Below, in pieces: positions 55,534 to 64,000 of a DNA stretch of 64,000 nucleotides; position 1 is the stretch's first letter, and each line of letters starts with the position of its first letter. A program made the translations under genes and the position numbers. The notes beneath the pieces are model-generated. The model did not search any database, was not told the origin of the DNA, and saw only the letters and a program-made list of their open reading frames with translations. Source of the DNA: Eledone cirrhosa (lineage: Eukaryota); NCBI GenBank assembly GCA_964016885.1, contig OZ024742.1, forward strand, positions 371,442,001-371,506,000, in the 5' to 3' direction.

Positions 55534-55774
55534 ATTTCATCTATTGATTCAGAGTTGCTCGTGTATTCCCAGCTCATCCATCCATAACGGTGGGAAAATT
55601 GAGGGCTAGAAGAACAGTGGTGGTGGGGTAATGGCAGGGTGTGTTGGGATGCGCCAGAGGAGGAGAGAGTTAGTTAGGCAGGTAGTAGCAGCAGCAGTGG
55701 AAATGGCATGCTAGGTTTGATTGGTCGAATAGACTATGGTGGTGTGTGGGGGTGGGGGGGAGGGAAATTGTGAG

Positions 55775-57660
55775 GTAGGAACTGAGGGTCGCATGGTAAA
55801 TATCCAAGTTAATACTACATCAGTAAAATTAACAATAATAACGTCATGAAAAAAACTACTAAGAGAAACCCTAGAAAATTTATCGCTAATACAGCAGGGA
55901 AAATTTAACGCTAATACAGCAGGGAACATCATAATATTAACGACAATATGTAGGCTAAAATACCTTCGTAGATTAGATGGATGGCTGGCTGGGAAAATTG
56001 GAATCAGCTCTAGTGGTACATTTTAGCAGAGAAGAATGGGAAAGTGTCTTATCTCTTCAATATTTTCAGATTGAATGAATTAGGTTAAAGACAGGGTAGT
56101 AAGCCTTAAAGAAGTGCATAGAGAGGGGGGGGGGTAGGAACTGAGGGTCGCATGGTAAATAACTGAGAGAGATACAATAGGATTAGAATACCGCATGGTA
56201 AATATCCAAGTTAATAAGTTAATACTACATCAGTAAAATTAACAATAATAACGTCATGAAAAAAACTACTAAGAGAAACCCTAGAAAATTTATCGCTAAT
56301 ACAGCAGGGAAAATTTAACGCTAATACAGCAGGGAACATCATAATATTAACGACAATATGTAGGCTAAAATACCTTCGTAGATTAGATGGATGGCTGGAA
56401 TAATTGGAGTCAGCTCTAGTGATACATTTTAGCAGAGAAGAATGGGAAAGTATCTTATCTCTTCAATATTTTCAGATTGAATGAATTAGGTTAAAGACAG
56501 GGTAGTAAGCCTTAAAGAAGTGCATAGAGAGGGGGGGGGGGGGGTAGGAACTGAGGGTCGCATGGTAAATAACTGAGAGAGATACAATAGGATTAGAATA
56601 CCGCATGGTAAATATCCAAGTTAATAAGTTAATACTACATCAGTAAAATTAACAATAATAACGTCATGAAAAAAACTACTAAGAGAAACCCTAGAAAATG
56701 TATCGCTAATACAGCAGGGAAAATTTAACGCTAATACAGCAGGGAACATCATAATATTAACGACAATATGTAGGCTAAAATACCTTCGTAGATTAGATGG
56801 ATGGCTGGAATAATTGGAGTCAGCTCTAGTGATACATTTTAGCAGAGAAGAATGGGAAAGTATCTTATCTCTTCAATATTTTCAGATTGAATGAATTAGG
56901 TTAAAGACAGTTAGTAAGCCTTAAAGAAGTGCATAGAGAGGGGGGTAGGAACTGAGGGTCGCATGGTAAATAACTGAGAGAGATGCAATAGGATTAGAAT
57001 ACCGCATGGTAAATATCCAAGTTAATAAGTTAATACTACATCAGTAAAATTAACAATAATAACGTCATGAAAAAAACTACTAAGAGAAACCCTAGAAAAT
57101 TTATCGCTAATACAGCAGGGAAAATTTAACGCTAATACAGCAGGGAACATCATAATATTAACGACAATATGTAGGCTAAAATACCTTCGTAGATTAGATG
57201 GATGGCTGGAATAATTGGAGTCAACTCTAGTGATACATTTTAGCAGAGAAGAATGGGAAAGTATCTTATCTCTTCAATATTTTCAGATTGAATGAATTAG
57301 GTTAAAGACAGGGTAGTAAGCCTTAAAGAAGTGCATAGAGAGGGGGGGGGGTAGGAACTGAGGGTCGCATGGTAAATAACTGAGAGAGATACAATAGGAT
57401 TAGAATACCGCATGGTAAATATCCAAGTTAATAAGTTAATACTACATCAGTAAAATTAACAATAATAACGTCATGAAAAAAACTACTAAGAGAAACCCTA
57501 GAAAATTTATCGCTAATACAGCAGGGAAAATTTAACGCTAATACAGCAGGGAACATCATAATATTAACGACAATATGTAGGCTAAAATACCTTCGTAGAT
57601 TAGATGGATGGCTGGAATAATTGGAGTCAGCTCTAGTGATACATTTTAGCTGAGAAGAAT
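55775..57660 (-). repeat. ~405-bp tandem monomers (~4.7 copies) at the LINE 5' end
   Basis: gtaggaactgagggtcgcatggtaaa recurs at 55775, 56134, 56544, 56945, 57351. Confidence 0.95.
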
Positions 57661-57855
57661 ATATATATACGTTATATATACGTTATTCTGGGTTGAATCA
57701 GAGGTAACCACAAATAAAAATAAACTATAGCTTTGAAGAATTAGCTTTTAGTGAATTCCCTTTTCTATCAACCAATGACCTACACCCATCCCACTCCCTA
57801 CCCTCTCCTACCACTTGAAGAGACCTATAAATACCATACTTATTTTTAGATACCC

Positions 57856-57906
57856 AGATTCCTGATGATTTCTAAAGAATGAAAGAGTTCTAGTCCTGTA
57901 GAATCT
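57856..57906 (+). ncRNA. Type I hammerhead ribozyme motif with a stem III mismatch
   Basis: agattc-CTGATGA-tttctaaagaat-GAAA-gag-ttctagtc-ctg-TA-gaatct; G.G mismatch in stem III. Confidence 0.6.
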
Positions 57907-57989
57907 CATCTATATTAAAACTATATATATATATATATAAATATATATATATGTGTGTATATATATGTGTATATATATATATATATATA

Positions 57990-59245
57990 ACATCACTATA
58001 ACCCCCCAACCCCACGCACACGTACCCACACACCCTCGTACACCACCAACTCTACACACCCTACCACCACTAACCCCCACTCACACCTGCATTCAACCCT
58101 TTCCCCACCTCCCGTATACTAACACCCACTAACACCCCCTTCATCAAACTACACACACACCAGTACACCACACTCCCTCCATCGACCCCCACACTCTTCT
58201 CTCCCCGCTCCACCCACACCCTTTCTCCACATGCACTCATCCCACTAACACCTCTACTAATACACACACACACCCTCCTCACTCCAACTTTCACACCTAC
58301 CCATCCTCGCCCCTTTACCATTCCACCCGACTGCTGCTATGCCCTCTGACCACCTCCCAGCACAAACAGACACACAGCACTCCCACCGCCTTGACCACTT
58401 CCTGTTGCGCGCGCACCCCACATCTCTCCTCTTCCGACCATCTCTTCATGGAATACTCGTATGTGGAACTTGACCACTGTGGAATCTACTAACATCATAG
58501 GAGTTTACCAACATTTCAACCACATCCTCTTACGGAATCACCTGTATAACTCACCCACACACACACACCCAAAAAATTGTTTTTTCTCCCACACGCCACC
58601 TACACCCACAACACGCTTAAACCCCACACACACGTGCTTTCCACCACATATTTACACCTTCAGCCTCCTGATTCCTCTCCCCCCACCCATCTATCCACAC
58701 ACACACATACACTCTGACCTACACCCCACCCCACACACACCTCTTCCTGAACATGCAACCCCGTTCTTCCCCCAACCCTTGCTTTCACATACACACACAC
58801 ACACACACGTACACCTACACACACACACACCACCTTCAGCCCTCCCCGCTTGGACACCCCCGTCTCCCTCTCCCCACTCCACCCGCCACCACCCCTACAC
58901 ACCCCACACCCTTCCACCACCTGCTTTACCCCTTTTTAATTTCAGTTTATTTTGATCATGCTTTTATATTTATTTTTATTTCATTTCATTTTATTTTGAT
59001 CATGCTTTATTTTTATTTTTATTTTTAATTTCATTCGCACCGTTTCCTCCCACCCCCTTTTCGCTATATGTCTCTCCACCACTCCCCTACACACCCTTTG
59101 AACTCTCTTCCCACACACTTCTCACCTGAGGAAGGGCTTATGCCCGAAACGTCGTTCCCCACCACCACCCCACTCTCCAGAGCGTGAAATTAATAAACAT
59201 TCGTTGTACTGCCTCTCTGTTTTGTTCCTGTTCAAATTTTCCATT
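57990..59245 (+). mobile_element. C/CA-rich probable Penelope-like element 3' relic
   Basis: Bounded by (TA)n; ends with a hammerhead-like motif and AATAAA; no recognisable ORF. Confidence 0.4.
59124..59155 (+). ncRNA. Minimal hammerhead-like motif (degenerate stem I)
   Basis: CTGAGGA-a-gggc-ttat-gccc-GAAAC-GTC; only 2 bp of stem I. Confidence 0.5.
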
Positions 59246-59327
59246 ATATATATATATATATATATATAGGAATCCAGAAATAGCCGTCGAAACGGCTTGA
59301 GCTCTGCCGTCGGGGTCATACATTTTC

Positions 59328-59364
<37 letters not shown>

Positions 59365-59384
59365 TATACACACATATATATATA

Positions 59385-59671
59385 TATAGTTTTAATATAG
59401 ATGAGATTCTACAGGACTAGAACTGTTTCATTCTTTAGAAATCATCAGGAATCTGGGTATCAAAAAATAAGTATGGTATTTATAGGTCTCTTCAAGTGGT
59501 AGGAGAGGGTAGGGAGTGGGATGGGTGTAGGTCATTGGTTGATAGAAAAGGGAATTCACTAAAAGCTATAGTTATTTTTGATAGAAAAGGGAATTCTTCA
59601 AAGCTATAGTTTATTTTTATATTTATAGTTTATTTTTATTTGTGGTTACCTCTGATTCAACCGGAATAACG

Positions 59672-59709
<38 letters not shown>

Positions 59710-59833
59710 TATATTCATACATACACATAGAGAGAGAGGGGGGGATTGACTCCCACCCTACTGGACTGACACTTTACTTTTAACTTTGAAAGGGTGAAAA
59801 ACAAAGTTGCCTTTGGTGAGATTTACATAACTG
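59385..59833 (-). repeat. Inverted duplication of 51954-52110 joined to ~57670-57925
   Basis: The reverse complement matches both flanks of the RTE, fused through (TA)n. Confidence 0.92.
59404..59454 (-). ncRNA. Type I hammerhead ribozyme motif (intact pairing)
   Basis: Minus strand AGAUUC-CUGAUGA-U-UUC-UAAA-GAA-U-GAAA-CAG-UUCUAGUC-CUG-UA-GAAUCU: 6-bp stem I, 3-bp stem II, 4-bp stem III, GUA cleavage triplet. Confidence 0.75.
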
Positions 59834-59909
59834 TATTTCATTAAAAATTAAAATGTATGAATATATATATGTGTATATATATATATATATGTGTATATAT
59901 ATATATATA

Positions 59910-59950
<41 letters not shown>

Positions 59951-59951
59951 C

Positions 59952-60397
59952 TCATCATCATCATCATCGTTTAACGTCCGTGTTCCACGCTTGCATGGGT
60001 TTGGACGGGGGTTTTCCCACTTGAGGCAAGAGTGATTGTCTTGCTCGCATAGGACTGTCTGGCGGGTTTTCTACAGCTGGATGCCCTTCCTAACACCAAC
60101 CACATTTACAGTGTGGGTCTGGGAGGTTTTTACCATGTTGCCTACACGGCCACATTACAGCGTGGACTGTGTGTTTTTTTGTTGTGACACCTACACGATC
60201 TCATTTGTTTCGGCCTGGATGGTGTGGCACCAACATAACTTTACATCGAAAGGGGCGGTGTGGATGGGGTGGGGGACGGGGGGGGGGGGGGGTATTTTGT
60301 TAGAGATGCATACTGACTGTAGTAGGTTTTACTTTGTATTTAGGTAAGGCGGGTCTTCTCTATTACTGAGTACCGCCAAAGATCTCGGTCCAGTGAC
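59952..60397 (-). mobile_element. 3' end of a related RTE subfamily
   Basis: (TGA)n tail and shared UTR motif tttctacagctggatgcccttcctaacaccaacc; C-terminus LDRDLWRYSVIEKTRLT* versus HDRDFWRHAVIQGTRP in the intact copy. Confidence 0.85.
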
Positions 60398-61116
60398 ACA
60401 TATATATATATATACACATATATATATTCATACATTTTAATTTTTAATGAAATACATCCTTCTTCTTCACCCACTCTACTTCCCTAAGTATTGAGTACTC
60501 TGGTGCGTTATGGTTCATCTGGTTCCTTACCACAACTCCTTTGTTTTATATATATATATATATACAAATGGAAGTTTAGTAAAATCGAAGCTTTGGCTGT
60601 GGCCAAGCTAACGATATACAACTAGGAATGTGCAGCAAAACACTCGATAAGGTTGTGTCACCTTAGAGTAATAACATACTTGACAAATTGAAAACTGTAA
60701 TACCAAAGCAATGAAAAACCTGGACCATCTGTAACGATATTATGCAATACCTCCAATAGGTTTCTATGAATCCCAAATCAACAATCCTACTTGCACAATA
60801 TGCAAGTTTGTGGTATTCGATGACCATATATATATATATTCAGTTATGTAATGTGGTTTACCAGTGGGTAGAACTAATCATTCCGTTTAGTTAACCATGA
60901 TGTAATAGTAAGGAAAGCACTGTACATTATGCAGCTCATTCATTGTAGATGTGGTATCCCATGATTGGTGCAGGAACGGAGTTACATATTCATGTAAAAC
61001 AACAGAAGACTAGACTGGAAATATCCAGGTCTCTTACGTAACCAGGCCATTGAAATATGTATAGGGATTTTTGCAACATAAAAATTTTAAAGGGATATTT
61101 CCAGTCTGGTCCTTCT

Positions 61117-61340
61117 GTGGTTAGAGCATTGGGCTTGCAATCATGATGTTGTGAGTTTGATTCTCAGACTGGATGATGTGTTGTGTCCTTGAGCAAGACA
61201 CTTTATTTTCACGTTGATCCAGTTTACTCAGCTGTATAAATGAGTTACAATGTCACTGGAACCAAGTTGTATCAGTCATTGTCTTTCCCTTGGACAATAT
61301 CAATGGTGTGGAGAGGGGAGACTGGTATGTGTGGGAAACT
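61117..61340 (+). mobile_element. tRNA-derived CORE-like SINE
   Basis: gtggttagagc...gagtttgattc head; gtgtccttgagcaagacactt...actcagctgtataaatgagt body. Confidence 0.65.
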
Positions 61341-61736
61341 TTTATATGTCTGTATTTGTCTGTATAGAGGTCAACTTTGCCTTTCATCTTTTGGCAGTTG
61401 ATAAAAAAGTACCAGTCTAGTACTGAGGTTGATTCTTCTGCTATATCTCTTTCTCACTTCCTCTCTCTCTTACTTTCTATCTTTCTCTGGAAGAAATCTG
61501 CTGTATTCAGAATTGGAGAGAAGGGTTCCATCAGGTTTAAAAAATACCATATGTCAATACGGCACCCCTACGGACTCCCTTGGGAGTTTCGGTATCATGC
61601 ATTGTCTGTATAAGATCTTGAATTGGCAGAATTGTGAGAGCATTGTAGTAAATTCCATATATATGTCTGTGTATCTGTATGTCTGCACACTTTCCTAGAC
61701 ATTACAGAGAAAATTATTCAACCATTAATATTCCAG

Positions 61737-61842
61737 GAATCAGTTTGAGAAGGAAAGTGACTGGAGAGCTATTTTAGGAGAATTTCAACTTGGAGTCAAT
61801 ACTGGGAATGAAATGCATCGGAAAATAGATCTCATCTTACGG
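61737..61842 (+). CDS. Next serine protease exon (between catalytic His and Asp); absent from the ORF track
   Basis: ttccag| phase 2 gives (G)NQFEKESDWRAILGEFQLGVNTGNEMHRKIDLILR |gtatgt. Its 106 nt fit the phase and it has the W...LG.....E...I..I pattern of S1 proteases. Confidence 0.85.
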
Positions 61843-62159
61843 GTATGTAATAAATTATCTGTCATATTTCTCCTTTTATTCTCCTATTAGTTTTTTTTAC
61901 TGGTTTCAGTCATTAGACTGCGGTCATGCTGGGGCACTACCTTGATTTAGTCAATCATACCAACCCCAGTACATTTCATCTGAACCATGACTGCTAGCAA
62001 GAGAGAAGGGAGACTTTCTTGTCAAGTGACTGAACTAAGAGATTTACAATACAACCACGGATAGATTAAGATGGGGTCCCTGATTGTAAATTTCATTAGG
62101 ACCCTAATATATTATTTAGCATAGCCAAAACATTAATTCATGGCCTCTATCTACATTGG

Positions 62160-62720
62160 ATCGGGCGAATTGCCTGAGCCAACTCCACTCTCCCTCTCCA
62201 GATATCCCTGTCCTCCATCGCTGTTTTCAGGTCTTTGATTGTCAAACCAATATCTTTAATCAGTTGGTCGATATAAGTCATCCAAGGACACCCTCACATC
62301 AGATGTCCTTGGGTTGACAAAAGAAGAATGCTAACAAGTTTGTCTTTGCTTCGGTAGCAGTGACCAGCATATCCCATCCTTCTTTCTCTTACTAAATCTG
62401 ATACAGGAGGGATCTGTCCATATAGATCTTCTCTCAGGGAATGCTGCTTCCAAGACATGTTCAGTACTAAGCGTAGCATTCGGATGTATTTCCCATCAAA
62501 CTTGTTCACTAATCTTTGTGTCATTGTCCATGCTGAGAAGCCATACAAAAGAACCAACTCAACTACAGCTCTGAAGAAGCTTCTCTTCATTTTATTTAAT
62601 AAGAAGAATTTCCAGATTAACCTGAGGCTATCAAGAGCAATCCATGCTTTAGCTATCCATATGGTTATGTCTACAGCCCACTCAATTCCCATCGCTTAAT
62701 CTGCCTCTGATCCATGTTTT
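62160..62720 (-). mobile_element. RTE-like LINE C-terminal fragment (further family)
   Basis: IAKAW...FFRAVVELVLLYG..AWT...RMLR..LN.SW...RRMGYAGHCYR. Confidence 0.8.
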
Positions 62721-63217
62721 ATAGACCAATGTAGGTGCAGACACTAGTTTCTGATTCAGTAAAAATTGCGATTAGCCAAAACTCCTGAACAATACACAAC
62801 AGTGACGCCATAATTTGATATATTTGTTAATTTATAAAGACATAAAGATCAATATTCAATGATAGACTGAAATATTTGCTATGTAACTATCTCTTATTCT
62901 TATTCTTAATCAATCATAATAATATGACTTGTGTGTTTGTATATTTATATATATATCTCTGTCTATAACTCTTTAAAATGAAAGGTAAAATTAACCTTGT
63001 TGGGATTTGAACTCAGAAGTAAAGTATCAGAACAAACACTGTTAAGCTGGCGCTCTAACGACTCTGCCAATTCCACTACCTTGAAGTGAAGAGTATAATA
63101 ATTATAACAAAGACAACAATGTCATCACCCTATACACCACCACCACCATTTTCAGCTTATTTATAAGTTCAGGTCTACCTTCAGGGGCAGATCGAAATTG
63201 GCTTAAACCAACCTTCT

Positions 63218-63397
63218 TTGCCTCTGTTCTACTTCACAGCCAAACACTGCCTTGTTTGCCTCTGTTCTACCTCACAGCCAAACACCATCTTACTTGCCTC
63301 TGTTCCACCTCGCAGCCAAACACCACCTTACTTGCCTCTGTTCCACCTCACAGCCAAACACCACCTTACTTGCCTCTGTTCCACCTCACAGCCAAAC
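63218..63397. repeat. 38-bp tandem repeat, ~4.7 copies
   Basis: ttgcctctgttccacctcacagccaaacaccaccttac at 63218, 63256, 63294, 63332, 63370. Confidence 0.9.
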
Positions 63398-63890
63398 TGC
63401 GGTGCTTTGCTCAATTTTCTGCCCTCCTCATTGACCGGTACTCTTCTTGATGAGTGCACTCACATCAGTGTGGCCCAATGCCTCAGCCTCCGCATAAATG
63501 CTGTCGTTGATGAATTCTGCTTGCCTCCATTATCATGCTGCCAGAACACAGGCCAGTTCTCCTGACATGCTGCTCTGAATGACATAATGAGAAGGAGCCT
63601 TGACACAGCTGGCTTCCCATCACATCTGAAGCCAGTAGGCCTCTACTAGGGTGATGGCAAGCACCTCAACAGAATTACCCTCTTTCCTTTCGAAGAAGGT
63701 AAATACTTCACTTGGGACGTGACATGCTGTGACACATTCTCTGCCTCCAACTTAGTCACCTCAGCCACAAACCCCAGTACTTCGGCTCACAATGCTGAGG
63801 ATAGAAAGATAAGCAAATACTGGAGCTTGTCCAGCCAATTCCTCTTTGCACTGGTCACCGTTGAGACCTCAGCCGTCCTCAAACCCTAGA
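63370..63890 (+). mobile_element. CRE-like retrotransposon relic (divergent subfamily)
   Basis: LPSSLTGTLLD...HAALNDIMRRSL...GKYFTWDVTCCDT...AEDRKISKY...VTVETS, with stops. Confidence 0.75.
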
Positions 63891-63891
63891 C

Positions 63892-63904
63892 CACTTCTAC
63901 CACC

Positions 63905-63969
<65 letters not shown>

Positions 63970-63970
63970 A
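63892..63970. repeat. (ACC)n/(ACT)n microsatellite
   Basis: Seen directly. Confidence 0.95.
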
Positions 63971-64000
63971 AACTAAATTCTGTTTAATTTCAGCATCCTA

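Larger units (their letters stand above)
52111..57660 (-). mobile_element. Near full-length RTE-clade LINE, antisense in a protease intron
   Basis: (TGA)n 3' tail at ~52111-52128, single intact ORF, 5' tandem monomers, (TA)n on both sides. Confidence 0.92.

Noticed and set aside
58070-59028. His/Pro/Thr-rich ORFs
   Set aside because: Low-complexity C/A-rich sequence with no RT or GIY-YIG motif recognisable.
61843-64000. Remaining protease exons (DIAL, GDSGGP)
   Set aside because: No matching frame found by eye; presumed to lie downstream of the window.

Overview
AT-rich, repeat-dense eukaryotic genomic DNA. The SINE/LINE repertoire and microsatellite load suggest an invertebrate, probably an octopus-like cephalopod (inference). 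One host gene is visible on the + strand: a secreted S1-family serine protease with an N-terminal chitin-binding type-2 (CBM14/peritrophin-A) domain. Three phase-compatible exons were found (41914-42502, 50001-50169, 61737-61842); exons with the catalytic Asp and Ser were not seen and probably lie beyond the window. A ~26-kb ACN-triplet array (10690-36957) accounts for all the poly-Val/Gly ORFs in the track. The rest is transposon-derived: an intact RTE LINE (APE+RT, C4HC3 finger, ~405-bp 5' monomers), hammerhead-ribozyme-bearing Penelope-like termini in an inverted duplication, an R4/Dong-like fragment in (TACA)n, CRE-like relics (one hosting a 4.2-kb 40-bp minisatellite), CR1 and RTE fragments, a decayed Tc1/mariner, MITEs, a solo LTR and many tRNA-derived SINEs whose target duplications start with ATTA. 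Family assignments come from motif recognition by eye, not database searches.
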